Below, in pieces: positions 23,928 through 32,000 of a stretch of 32,000 bases of DNA (the stretch's first letter is position 1; each line of letters starts with the position of its first letter). This stretch comes from Ktedonobacterales bacterium (GTDB lineage Bacteria > Chloroflexota > Ktedonobacteria > Ktedonobacterales > JADMIN01): assembly GCA_030167145.1 (NCBI GenBank), contig CP126532.1, forward strand, positions 3,660,001-3,692,000, given 5' to 3'. The notes under the pieces are model-generated. The model was not told where the DNA came from. It worked only from the letters and a program-made list of their open reading frames with translations, and did no database searches. The position numbers were made by a program, and so were the translations under genes.

Positions 23928-24926
23928 GTGAGCAATCCCATGGCCCACACATCGCCCGGAGTCGGCGTTACCACCACCGGCGTCTCGCCGCGTTCTGGCG
24001 GTAGCACGCGGCTCTACGTCATCTTCACACTCATCATCATCGCCGTGCTCATTGGGCTAGACATCCTCTTCCTCGCCGTCATCAACCCTGCCAACCGTCT
24101 CGGCCACCACTACTATCTCGCCCTTGGCGACTCGCTCACCTTCGGCTATCAGCCCGACTTCAACTTCACCTCTGGCTTCGCCGATGACGTCTTCGGCGAC
24201 ATCCAGAAAACCGGCGTCACCGATCTCATCAACTACGCCTGCGCCGGTGACTCCACCACCACCATGATTGAGGGCGGCTGCCCCGTGCGCCTCATCCACC
24301 ACGACGCCTACACCGGCGCACAGCTTGACGCCACCCTCAGCTTCATGCGCAGCCATCGCGGCCAGATCAACCCCGTCACCCTCGACATCGGCTCCAATGA
24401 CGTGCTCAAAGACTTCGACCTCGCCACCTGCCAGCCCACCTCCACCGTCAATGCCGACCTGGACACCATGGACGCGAACCTCACTCACACCATCTTCCCA
24501 CAACTGCTCGACGCGCTCGCCAGCCCCACCGGTGCTCAGACTGGCAACCTGTTCCTGCTCAACTACTACAACCCCTTCGCCAAAGCGTGCCCTGGCTCCG
24601 CCCCCTTCATCCACATCCTCAATGATCATCTCGCCGCCGACGCCGCCCAGTTTCGCGTCCCCGTTGTAGACATCTACAGCGCCTTCGGTGGCGATAACCA
24701 CACCGCCGACACCATCTGCACATACACCTGGATCTGCAACGCCGCCGTAGGAAACGACTTCCACCCCACCACCCAGGGCTATCGCCTGATGGCCGACACC
24801 GTCGAACGCGCGCTGGGTTATCCCGGCGTTGGCCCCGCCAGCAACCCCATCCAAAACGCTCAGCCGCCGATCCAATCGGCGCCCTCCGCGTACTGGCGTC
24901 CGTCCTCATCCTTCGCCCACGTGTAG
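23928..24926 (+). CDS. SGNH/GDSL family hydrolase, N-terminally membrane-anchored
   Basis: Block I is LALGDSLTFG, block III is GSNDV, and block V is NDFHPTTQGY (D-x-x-H). The TM helix is LYVIFTLIIIAVLIGLDILFLAV. The start is GTG 23928 or ATG 23940 (GAGG 11 nt upstream). Confidence 0.85.
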   Translation: MSNPMAHTSPGVGVTTTGVSPRSGGSTRLYVIFTLIIIAVLIGLDILFLAVINPANRLGHHYYLALGDSLTFGYQPDFNFTSGFADDVFGDIQKTGVTDLINYACAGDSTTTMIEGGCPVRLIHHDAYTGAQLDATLSFMRSHRGQINPVTLDIGSNDVLKDFDLATCQPTSTVNADLDTMDANLTHTIFPQLLDALASPTGAQTGNLFLLNYYNPFAKACPGSAPFIHILNDHLAADAAQFRVPVVDIYSAFGGDNHTADTICTYTWICNAAVGNDFHPTTQGYRLMADTVERALGYPGVGPASNPIQNAQPPIQSAPSAYWRPSSSFAHV

Positions 24927-24959
24927 GCACATACTAGCGCAACAGGAGACATCATCCCT

Positions 24960-25370
24960 ATGAACAACAGCGACCGTGGCGACCTCATCCGCCTGATTGG
25001 CCTTGGCCTGGCCATCGTGCTCGAAGCCTTCGTACTGCTCAGTGTTCTGCTCAACGTAGAGCCGATTCCTGGTGAACTCTATCAGCGCATCTCATCCGTC
25101 GCCATCTTCGTGCTGCCCTCGATCATTGGCCTGCTCTGCAAACGGATCGAAGGCGCCATATTGCTCGCCATCCTACCCTTCTGGGTGCTCGCCGTCATCT
25201 ACCTCGCCCGCAGCGCGCCGGTCTGGAACATCAATCTGCTGACCCTGGGCGTGTTGGTCGAGCGCGTTGCCAGCGTCTCGGTGCTCCTCGCCTTCCTCAG
25301 CATCCTGGGCTGGCTGCTGCGCCGTGTGCTCATCCGGCAACCTATCTTTGCGCTGGGGAAAAAGTCCTGA
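24960..25370 (+). CDS. Small integral membrane protein (4 TM helices), hypothetical
   Basis: 136-aa ORF with AGGAGA upstream. It begins 34 nt after the SGNH stop. Confidence 0.65.
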   Translation: MNNSDRGDLIRLIGLGLAIVLEAFVLLSVLLNVEPIPGELYQRISSVAIFVLPSIIGLLCKRIEGAILLAILPFWVLAVIYLARSAPVWNINLLTLGVLVERVASVSVLLAFLSILGWLLRRVLIRQPIFALGKKS

Positions 25371-25465
25371 CACGCATACGTCTATAATGGGGAGTAGGGC
25401 GTCCGCAATGGAACCAGGATGCCCGCTCTTCCCTGTCTTGCTACAACTGAAAAGAGGGAACGCCC

Positions 25466-27154
25466 GTGCCTGACCTCCGCTTCGACACCTACTACCGCTA
25501 CGACGACCTGACCCGCATCTTGCACGGTTTCGCCGCCGAACACCCCGAACTCGTGCATATCGAAAGCATCGGCAAGAGCCACGAAGGCCGCGATGTCTGG
25601 CTGCTCACCGTCACCACCTTCGCCACCGGCAGCGACCGCGACAAGCCCGCCTTCTGGCTCGACGGCAACATCCACGCCAGCGAGGTCTCCCCATCCAGCG
25701 CCCTGCTCTATTTCATCAACACGCTCGTCACCGGCTACGGCTCCGACCCCGACATCACCCGCTGCCTCGATACGCGCGCCTTCTATATCTGCCCGCGCGT
25801 CAACCCCGACGGCGCGGAGTGGGCGCTGGCCGACTCGCCCAAGATCATCCGCTCCAGCACCCGCCCCTACCCCTTCGATGAAGAGCCGGTCGAGGGCCTG
25901 CTCACCGAAGACATGGATGGCGATGGGCGCATCCTCACCATGCGCATCCCCGACGCCAACGGTCCCTGGAAGATCAGCGACCGCGACCCGCGCCTGCTCG
26001 TCCGCCGCGAGCCAGCCGAGATCGGCGGCACATACTACCGCCTACTGCCCGAAGGCCGTCTGCTCAACTACGACGGCGTCACCATCCATCCCCAATCCCA
26101 CAAAGAACGCCTCGACCTCAATCGCAACTTCCCTGTCCGCTGGCGGCAAGAACATCAGCAGCAGGGCGCTGGCCCATTTCCTTCCTCTGAGCCAGAGGTG
26201 CGCAATCTCATGGCCTTCATCAGCGCCCATCCCAACATCACCGGCGGCATCGCCTTCCACACCTACGGCGGTCTGCTCCTGCGCCCATTCAGCGACCTCA
26301 GCGACGACACCTTCCCTGCCGAAGACCTCTGGACCTACCAGAAAATCGGCCAGAAGGGCACCGAAATCACCGGCTATCCCAACATCTCCGTCTTCCATGA
26401 ATTCCTCTACCACCCCAAAGAAGTCACCTCCGGCGCCTTCGACGACTGGCTGGTAGACCACCTCGGCCTCTTCGGCTGGACCATCGAGATCTGGAGTCCG
26501 CAGCGACAGGCCGGAATTGGCGAGTATAAATACATAGACTGGTTTAGAGAGCATCCCATAGAAGACGACCTCAAGCTGCTGAAGTGGAACGACGAGACGC
26601 TCGGCGGCAAGGGCTATGTGAACTGGTATCCCTACGACCATCCCCAGCTTGGCACAGTGGAGCTTGGCGGCTGGGACCAGATCTACGCCTTCCGCAACCC
26701 GCCGCCCGATCATCTTGAGCGCGAGGTTGCCCTCTTCCCCAAATGGCTCATCTGGCACGCGCTCATCTCACCGCGCCTGGAGCTTTTCGAGGCTAGCGCG
26801 CAGCCGCTTGGCGACGGCACGTATCGGGTGCGTTTCGTGGTCCATAACACCGGCTGGCTTCCCAGCTACGTCACCAAGATCGCCCTCGAAAAGCGTACCG
26901 TGCGCGGCATCATCGCCGAAATCACCCTGCCCGATGGCGCGACGCTGGCGACCGGCAAACCGCGCGAAGAGTTAGGGCAGCTCGAGGGCCGCGCCTACAA
27001 AGCCTCGTCGCCGCTCGGCTGGGGCGCGGTAGACCCCACCGACGACCGCGCCAAAGTCGAATGGATTGTCCGCGCGCCCGCGGGCAGCACGCTCACCCTC
27101 ACCGCCCGCCACGACCGTGCGGGCCTCGTCCGCACCGACCTCACCCTGCCGTAA
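25466..27154 (+). CDS. M14 family zinc carboxypeptidase
   Basis: GTG start after AGAGGGA. The zinc motif is H-x-x-E (GNIHASE), with NPDGAEW and the FHTYGG downstream His region. No obvious signal peptide is present. Confidence 0.85.
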   Translation: MPDLRFDTYYRYDDLTRILHGFAAEHPELVHIESIGKSHEGRDVWLLTVTTFATGSDRDKPAFWLDGNIHASEVSPSSALLYFINTLVTGYGSDPDITRCLDTRAFYICPRVNPDGAEWALADSPKIIRSSTRPYPFDEEPVEGLLTEDMDGDGRILTMRIPDANGPWKISDRDPRLLVRREPAEIGGTYYRLLPEGRLLNYDGVTIHPQSHKERLDLNRNFPVRWRQEHQQQGAGPFPSSEPEVRNLMAFISAHPNITGGIAFHTYGGLLLRPFSDLSDDTFPAEDLWTYQKIGQKGTEITGYPNISVFHEFLYHPKEVTSGAFDDWLVDHLGLFGWTIEIWSPQRQAGIGEYKYIDWFREHPIEDDLKLLKWNDETLGGKGYVNWYPYDHPQLGTVELGGWDQIYAFRNPPPDHLEREVALFPKWLIWHALISPRLELFEASAQPLGDGTYRVRFVVHNTGWLPSYVTKIALEKRTVRGIIAEITLPDGATLATGKPREELGQLEGRAYKASSPLGWGAVDPTDDRAKVEWIVRAPAGSTLTLTARHDRAGLVRTDLTLP

Positions 27155-27161
27155 CATACGG

Positions 27162-27188
27162 GGCGCTCCCTCTTTGCGGGGGAGCGCC
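27162..27188 (+). terminator. 9-bp GC hairpin after the M14 gene (GGCGCTCCC / GGGAGCGCC), no U-tract
   Basis: It starts 8 nt after the stop codon with a 9-nt loop. Terminator function is inferred from position only. Confidence 0.4.
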
Positions 27189-27224
27189 ACCTTCGCGCAT
27201 ATCAGTGGCTCATCAGCGCGAGCC

Positions 27225-27253
27225 TTGACGCCGGGCGCAGGCTTGGGTATACT
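27225..27253 (+). promoter_or_regulatory. Promoter of tRNA-Gly (TTGACG-N17-TATACT)
   Basis: TTGACG at 27225-27230 and TATACT at 27248-27253. The tRNA 5' end at 27265 is 12 nt after the -10. Confidence 0.65.
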
Positions 27254-27264
27254 GGTGAGTGTTC

Positions 27265-27339
27265 GCGGGAGTGGCGCAGTGGTAGCGCAATTGCTTCCCA
27301 AGCAATGGGTCGCGGGTTCGAATCCCGTCTCCCGCTCCA
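27265..27339 (+). tRNA. tRNA-Gly (anticodon CCC), CCA encoded
   Basis: Hand-folded cloverleaf:
- Acceptor GCGGGAG/CTCCCGC.
- D arm GCGC-AGTGGTA-GCGC.
- Anticodon arm ATTGC-TTCCCAA-GCAAT.
- Variable loop GGGTC.
- T arm GCGGG-TTCGAAT-CCCGT.
- Discriminator T, then CCA. Confidence 0.95.
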
Positions 27340-27478
27340 ACCTGAATTTTTCCAGGTTCCGAGCCTTGCGAAAGTCCATAGTCCCATGCCTGCATATGTA
27401 GTGGGTATGGGGATGTGTGTTTCTCCCCTTCACTCTTCCCCGCTCCTGTCTCGCTCGCGCCGCAGCGCCTGATACGCT

Positions 27479-28333
27479 CTAGGTTGCATAGGGAAGCTGG
27501 TTGGGTGTGTACACCGTGCCCTGAAGGCCGACGATATAGCCGCTGTTTGCCGTGGTGGTTAGTACACTTGAGGCGTTGGCGCTGGTTGAGCCAGGAATGT
27601 ACCAGATCGCCAGGTCAGGGAACTGGCCGCCGCCTGCCCAGTGGGTGGTGGCGTTCGGCGCGTTGAGGCGATCCAGATCGGCGGCGAAATAGATCAGTTG
27701 TGGCTGCGCGCCGGGGAGCAGCGCCTTCACGCCCTTGATCCGCGCCACTGTCGCCTGCGCCATCGTCGCGGAGATGCGCGGAAATGGCTGGTTATACTCC
27801 GGGTCACTCGGCACGAATGGACCAGCGAAGGTGAGCGCACGGATACGGTGATGTGCGCTGTCATAGGCGAAGTCGAGCAAGGCGACCACATGCGTGCTTC
27901 CAGATGCGCCGACGACCGTCGCGCCCGGTGTCGTTCCCGTTGGGCCTAGCAGCGGAATAACCCACACATCCAGCATCCCCGGCTTGGGGCGATAGGCATG
28001 CACCAGCACCGGCGTACCGAGTATGCCCGTCCGCAGCGCCTGCCCGAGACTGGTCTGCGTCGCGTGCAGCGCTTCTTGATAGGCATGGGTAGACCGTGCG
28101 GCCTTTAGCACGTCTTGTGGGCTGGTGGAGGTAAGCGGTCGCCACTCTGCGCTCGTGGTCGCTGGCGTGGGCGTGCTCGTTAGGGGAGTCGCCAGTGATG
28201 AGAGCACGAACACGAATGACGCGATCATAGCTATGAGGAACAGTCCTATGCCACCAGTACGCAGGTAGCGCAGTCCCCGCTCCACGACACCCGTACCAAA
28301 ATGAGAACCCCGGCCACCCCCGCGAATCTTCAT
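27479..28333 (-). CDS. Hypothetical membrane-anchored extracytoplasmic protein (284 aa)
   Basis: Basic N-terminus, one TM helix (IGLFLIAMIASFVFVLSSLA), a Thr/Pro linker, then a globular domain with no motif I recognise. It lies downstream of the peptidase gene on the same strand. Confidence 0.65.
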   Translation of the reverse strand: MKIRGGGRGSHFGTGVVERGLRYLRTGGIGLFLIAMIASFVFVLSSLATPLTSTPTPATTSAEWRPLTSTSPQDVLKAARSTHAYQEALHATQTSLGQALRTGILGTPVLVHAYRPKPGMLDVWVIPLLGPTGTTPGATVVGASGSTHVVALLDFAYDSAHHRIRALTFAGPFVPSDPEYNQPFPRISATMAQATVARIKGVKALLPGAQPQLIYFAADLDRLNAPNATTHWAGGGQFPDLAIWYIPGSTSANASSVLTTTANSGYIVGLQGTVYTPNQLPYAT

Positions 28334-28435
28334 TGTATGCCTTCCCCACTCCTTGACATGAATTCATCTCCTATGGCATCCACATAGCCATCTTGCGGCC
28401 ATGGCCCCTGTTGGGTTTGCCATCCCGCTGACGGC

Positions 28436-29431
28436 TCAGGGATGCTGCATGACACTCAGATTCTCGTCAACCGCGTAGTCTGGCAGCACATTGATGAGGT
28501 GGTCAATCTCGAAATCGGTGCGATAGCCAATCCAGTGCGCGGGATAGTCGGTGTTGGGCGTATAGATCCCCACGGAAGGATCGGGATCGTAGCCGCTATT
28601 GCTGCTGTAGGTACTGCCCCACATATGCACGTCAGTGTTGAACGTCCAGTTGGTCCAGAGCACTTCACGCGCGGATTGATAGCCCCCGGAAGGCGAGCCA
28701 ACGGCGGGATCCCACACATCAACGGCATCAACATCCGCTGGATACGAGGTGATCGGATCATTGTAGGAATAGACACCGGCGATCACATCGAAGTGCAGGC
28801 CGTGGGCGACGGTGACGACCACTGGTTGGGAATATTCTTCGAGTGTACGCGCCAGGCCGCCGACCGCATGGGTAACATCGTTATGGTAGATGACATTGTG
28901 AAAAGCGTAGATGGGGACGTGGAGGGCCAGTTTGGGATCTCCACCGTTGTGCAGGAAGCGCCAATACCAGCCATAGGCGGATTCGTACTCGATGCCCCAG
29001 GCCATGCCACGAGGGTCCGTGCCGCCATCGTTGGCGATGTCGGCATTAAAGCCCGGCCCAATGCCATTCCAGGCGGGTGTGCCCCAGATGCTGGTGGCGA
29101 GCGCGCTGTTCAGATCATTGGCGATGCGCTGTTGCCCGCCGGAGTTGAAAGGGATGTTGTTCTGGTTGTTGGTGGCCAGTTGATAGGTATAGTTGGCAGC
29201 GGCTTCGATTGCCGCTGGACCACACCAGTTCGCGTCACGTTGTGGCCACTCCGAGGTGGCTGTGCCAACCCAACTCGTGCGCGCTCCATACCACGGCGTC
29301 GCATGCGCTTGTGCGGTGGCTGTCTGCCCCCAACGGCGAGTAGCGATGTTGCCGAACGCCAGCGTGAGTGTCAACACACCAAAGATCAGCGCCAAGGCGA
29401 GCATGCGCCGTTCGAGTACCGTCAACCTCAC
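28436..29431 (-). CDS. Secreted/anchored papain-like cysteine peptidase (C39-like domain) candidate
   Basis: GTG start after GAGGAGGAGA, then a signal-anchor (MLALALIFGVLTLTLAF). QRDANWCGPAAIEAAANY resembles the catalytic-Cys context of C39-like peptidases, with a later VAHGLHFDV as the candidate His. The gene is W/Y/N-rich and has lower GC than its neighbours (52-58 percent in two 60-nt samples counted by hand). Confidence 0.55.
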   Translation of the reverse strand: MRLTVLERRMLALALIFGVLTLTLAFGNIATRRWGQTATAQAHATPWYGARTSWVGTATSEWPQRDANWCGPAAIEAAANYTYQLATNNQNNIPFNSGGQQRIANDLNSALATSIWGTPAWNGIGPGFNADIANDGGTDPRGMAWGIEYESAYGWYWRFLHNGGDPKLALHVPIYAFHNVIYHNDVTHAVGGLARTLEEYSQPVVVTVAHGLHFDVIAGVYSYNDPITSYPADVDAVDVWDPAVGSPSGGYQSAREVLWTNWTFNTDVHMWGSTYSSNSGYDPDPSVGIYTPNTDYPAHWIGYRTDFEIDHLINVLPDYAVDENLSVMQHP

Positions 29432-29545
29432 GTCTCCTCCTCACCGCTCTCCATCACATTCCGCACCCGCACGGCGCTCCATTGGGTGAAGTGTCGCTCC
29501 TTGAGGATTGGGCGGGTGATCCCTGTAGTTGTACTGCTACTAAGA

Positions 29546-29574
29546 AGTGTAGCGTTATGATGTATCGGTGTCAA
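29546..29574 (-). promoter_or_regulatory. Promoter of the peptidase cassette (TTGACA-N17-TACACT on the minus strand)
   Basis: -35 at 29574-29569 and -10 at 29551-29546. The leader to GTG 29431 would be about 105 nt. Confidence 0.55.
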
Positions 29575-29796
29575 GTATGCAGCGGATGGAGAACGACCCG
29601 GCCAGCGGCGCCGAGGTGAGTCCGTAGCGAGGGCCGGCGTAGCCAGGCGAATTGTTGGTGGCACGGTGATGGCGTAGCGTGTCGCGGTTCTCTCGCGATG
29701 ATGAGAGGTCGCTGCCAGGCTAGAGGAAGCGCAGCATAGGGGCAGGTGAAGCAGGCGATGACGCGACGGGCGACTGAGTGGGCATTCGGTGTGCAA

Positions 29797-29831
29797 CGAC
29801 TGCGAGGCGATGGCGGGTGGTCGGTTTTTTT
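29797..29831 (+). terminator. Plus-strand-specific intrinsic terminator-like hairpin plus T7
   Basis: CGACTGC (29797-29803) pairs with GGTGGTC (29817-29823), including two G:T wobbles that become A:C mismatches on the other strand. The loop is 13 nt and is followed by G TTTTTTT (29825-29831). No annotated plus-strand gene lies upstream. Confidence 0.4.
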
Positions 29832-29844
29832 GTCACGCGACGAT

Positions 29845-30930
29845 TTAGTGTATGAACACCAGCATCTGCTCGGCGGCAACCATCCCCACCGCCAGCAGCC
29901 CCGCGAGTCCGAAGTAGGCCGCCGTCACCCAGATGCGCGAGAGCAGGGGAATCTTGTAGTACGCGGCCTGTGCTGGTGACATGCGGAAACGCTGAATCGT
30001 TTGCGAGAATCCCAATACCGCCAGGATCAGCAGAAAGATGCTCTGCGTCAGGAAGAAGCCAACGCCCATCAGCACCAGCCCCAGAATCCAGAACCAGCGC
30101 GAGATCGCCCCCACCACGCGCCCGCCGTCGAACGGCGACACCGGAATCAGGTTCAGCAGGTTGATGAAGAAGCTGAAGTACGCCAGAATCAGCCAGATAC
30201 GCAGATCCGTCTGCTCGAAGATGAGCCAGCAGGCCAGACCACCCAGCGCGCCCGCCACTGGCCCGGCAATGGCAATCTCCGCCTCGTCGCGCACGTTCCG
30301 TGGCATCTTGCGCATCGCCACGTATGCCCCGATCAGCGGGATGAAGACCGGCAGGCTCGCGGGCAACCCCTTCGCGCGGATGACAATGAAATGTCCCATC
30401 TCATGCACGAAGAGCAACGCGATGATGCCGACCGCCAGTTGCCAGCCGAACAGCAGCGCATAGGCGCCCAGGCTGACGATCACGCTCAGAAATGGCAGCA
30501 GCACTTTTAGCGCCACCGCCGACGCCACCACCCATCCTGCGGCGCGCCCTCTAGCGCTTCCTGTGGTTCCGGCCGGCCTTTGTAGGTTCGTGGATGGGGC
30601 AGTTGGCGCGGTCATCGCTGGCGCAGGGGCATAGACGGGCATCCCCCACGCGGGCGGCGGCATATAGCCCGGCGGCGCGATGCCTGCCGCCGACGCGGGC
30701 GGGTATTGAGGGTACTGAGGGTACTGAGGGTATTGCTGTGGATAGGGCGTGGCGGCGTAGGGCGGTGTGTAGCCCGGTGGCGGCGCGTAGTATGGCGGCT
30801 GGTTCGCAGGCGACGCGGGTGGCGCGGTCGCGGCATGCTCCGGCGGCGGGGCATAGGGGTCGGCTGGCTGACGACGCGATTCGCCCCGCCAGGGTGTGTC
30901 CTCGAACGTATGCTCTGGGGGACGTTCCAT
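29845..30930 (-). CDS. M50 (site-2 protease family) metallopeptidase with a Pro/Tyr-rich N-terminal extension
   Basis: HEMGH zinc motif inside a TM helix (LLFVHEMGHFIV) and multiple TM segments, preceded by AAAGAGGG. The N-terminal 110 aa or so are PPYYAPPPGYTPPY...QYPQYPQYPQYP. Confidence 0.85.
   Translation of the reverse strand: MERPPEHTFEDTPWRGESRRQPADPYAPPPEHAATAPPASPANQPPYYAPPPGYTPPYAATPYPQQYPQYPQYPQYPPASAAGIAPPGYMPPPAWGMPVYAPAPAMTAPTAPSTNLQRPAGTTGSARGRAAGWVVASAVALKVLLPFLSVIVSLGAYALLFGWQLAVGIIALLFVHEMGHFIVIRAKGLPASLPVFIPLIGAYVAMRKMPRNVRDEAEIAIAGPVAGALGGLACWLIFEQTDLRIWLILAYFSFFINLLNLIPVSPFDGGRVVGAISRWFWILGLVLMGVGFFLTQSIFLLILAVLGFSQTIQRFRMSPAQAAYYKIPLLSRIWVTAAYFGLAGLLAVGMVAAEQMLVFIH
30702..30737. 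repeat. Tandem 9-nt repeat (GGTAYTGAG x3-4) encoding QYP repeats on the minus strand
   Basis: Units start at 30702, 30711, 30720 and 30729 (the last is diverged). The repeat is in-frame inside the M50 gene. Confidence 0.85.
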
Positions 30931-30976
30931 AACCGGCCCTCTTTCCCGCGTGCGGAGAAGCCTCTTCCCCGTTCAG

Positions 30977-30985
30977 ATTCTAGCA
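30977..30985 (-). promoter_or_regulatory. Extended -10 (TGcTAGAAT) upstream of the M50 gene
   Basis: Minus-strand TGCTAGAAT lies about 45 nt upstream of ATG 30930. Confidence 0.4.
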
Positions 30986-31140
30986 CGCCACCGCGTCGCC
31001 CATGCTCCCCACACCTTATCTATACGTTGGCGGGATTGAAATAGGGTGAGAACCTGTCCTCAACCTGCTTCGTGCCAGCCCAGGTGGATGATACGCGCGA
31101 CATGTCCATGTGCCGGAAATATATCCCGTACTCAACGCTG

Positions 31141-31659
31141 TTAGGTGTCGCTGCTGGAGTTCACCAAAGATGCGAGAAATGTGCCGTCGGTTTGCATTTG
31201 CCCCTTTACTTCGGCTTTCCAGCCGTTTTGCAAACCATTAAAGCTCTGCGAGCTGCCCTGGTATTGTGTTACTCCAGGGGTGGTGACGATCGTGAGATGA
31301 ACTCCCTGAAAATAGAGAGTAAACGTGCCCGCGCCGTAATTAATGTTGTTAATGCTTCCGTGTAGATCAACCGTTTGGCCAACAGGCGGGAGAGTTGCCG
31401 TCGGCCTCGGCGTCCTGGTCGCGGTGGGGGCGGATGTGGCTGTAGCTGGCGAGGTCGGCGTGGCGCTCGCGGACGGCGAAGTGGGCGAAGGCAACATGCC
31501 TGTGTTCGGATCCGTATTCGCGGTGTTTGGCGTGCCTGTGCTCGCGCCGGGTCGCATGGCGGTCGTAGCGGCCAGCGCGGCGCTTGTGCCGCCAACCAGC
31601 ACTGCGCCCAAAACGGCGATCCCTACCTTGCTTCTGAGTATGGTCATCATGCTTGGCAC
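31141..31659 (-). CDS. Secreted protein with Thr/Pro-rich linker and C-terminal DUF5666-like beta domain
   Basis: The ORF track starts at a TTG (31749). I prefer GTG 31659, 7 nt after GGAGG (within GGGAGGGA at 31672-31665), or ATG 31650. The signal peptide is MMTILRSKVGIAVLGAVLVGGTSAALA. The family assignment is from memory and unverified. Confidence 0.65.
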   Translation of the reverse strand: MPSMMTILRSKVGIAVLGAVLVGGTSAALAATTAMRPGASTGTPNTANTDPNTGMLPSPTSPSASATPTSPATATSAPTATRTPRPTATLPPVGQTVDLHGSINNINYGAGTFTLYFQGVHLTIVTTPGVTQYQGSSQSFNGLQNGWKAEVKGQMQTDGTFLASLVNSSSDT

Positions 31660-31838
31660 AATAGTCCCTCCCTCGTTGACCGCGTTTCGGCAGGCATGAT
31701 AGCATGCTCTCCAATCTGGGACAAGAAACGCGCCGCACAACAGGACCAATGCGCGCCAGGCGTTTGCCCAGTGGCCTCCACTTTCGCATCAATGTATTGG
31801 ACGTACGCTCGATCTGGCACGAAGAAGAGGAGCGAACG

Positions 31839-32000
31839 ATGCGGGACGATAATCCAACGCGTGGATTACCAATTGCTGCGCCAGCGAATATGCTTCCGGT
31901 TCAGGTGGTGCGGCGCGAGGTGGTTGCGCCGGATGTCGTGACGGTTTCGATTGTGCTGCCGGGAACATCGCAGGCCCCCGCTCCCTACCTGCCAGGACAG
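31839..32000 (+). CDS. Oxidoreductase, FAD-binding FR-type N-terminus (partial, runs off the right edge)
   Basis: ATG 31839 lies 6 nt after AGAGGAG. Hand translation MRDDNPTRGLPIAAPANMLPVQVVRREVVAPDVVTVSIVLPGTSQAPAPYLPGQ resembles the beta-barrel start of ferredoxin-NADP-reductase-type flavoproteins (..V..v....dv..l.l.......y.PGQ). Confidence 0.5.
   Translation, partial: MRDDNPTRGLPIAAPANMLPVQVVRREVVAPDVVTVSIVLPGTSQAPAPYLPGQ

Noticed and set aside
28442-29560. Long antisense shadow ORFs. Examples: 28442..29560 (+), 24057..24875 (-), 15414..16340 (+), 10339..11214 (+), 8500..9597 (+), 6427..7053 (-), 495..1205 (-), 1609..2457 (+), 26042..26758 (-), 20289..21119 (-)
   Set aside because: Each lies opposite a gene with clear family motifs and an RBS. 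Their products are the Arg/Gly/Val/Ala-rich, motif-free sequences typical of antisense frames in high-GC DNA.
27265-29574. Integrative island at tRNA-Gly
   Set aside because: No integrase or excisionase is present, and I could not find a direct repeat of the tRNA 3' end (TTCGAATCCCGTCTCCCGC) anywhere downstream. Only composition and adjacency remain, so it is reported as a low-key finding rather than called a mobile element.
29746-29979. 77-aa plus-strand ORF crossing the orphan terminator and overlapping the M50 3' end
   Set aside because: It runs through the hairpin and T-tract and 135 nt antisense into a well-supported gene. It has no convincing RBS or composition signal.

Overview
This is a GC-rich chromosomal segment (roughly two-thirds G+C by eye, not computed). 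It carries about 36 protein genes on both strands and one tRNA. I found no rRNA, CRISPR array, transposase, integrase, reverse transcriptase, or recognisable phage or defence gene.

The coding content mixes housekeeping genes with accessory enzymes and envelope proteins.
- Housekeeping: a def fragment, ybaK, purC, cysS-rlmB-yacP, icd, purE and tRNA-Gly(CCC).
- Accessory and envelope: metallophosphoesterase, small GIY-YIG protein, cupin, two alpha/beta hydrolases, SRPBCC protein, BNR/Asp-box propeller, Rieske oxygenase, MBL hydrolase, O-methyltransferase, PadR operon, ICMT-like methyltransferase, SGNH hydrolase, M14 carboxypeptidase, C39-like cysteine peptidase, M50 protease and a DUF5666-like secreted protein.

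Most genes have GGAGG-type ribosome binding sites. Several promoters of the form TTGAC(A/G)-N17/18-TATACT/TACACT, or with an extended -10, can be read directly. The Bacillus-like cysS-rlmB-yacP order plus abundant GC-rich hairpin repeats suggests a high-GC monoderm-type lineage, possibly Chloroflexota. That is inference only.

I did not find a convincing novel protein-coding system. What the gene map does not explain is non-coding:
1. A 55-56 nt two-hairpin element is present in four copies, with compensatory stem substitutions and strand-specific G:T wobbles.
2. Two tandem arrays (23 nt x6 in the cysS leader, 18 nt x4.7 downstream of the Rieske gene) share a GGACGCC core and a common flanking sequence.
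3. A 78-bp diverged duplicate of the purC 3' end brackets a 1.65-kb insert carrying the BNR gene.
4. The 680-bp purE/SGNH intergenic region is packed with perfect hairpins and a duplicated palindrome-bearing module.
5. An orphan plus-strand terminator has no annotated gene upstream of it.

All family assignments are from motif reading, not database searches.
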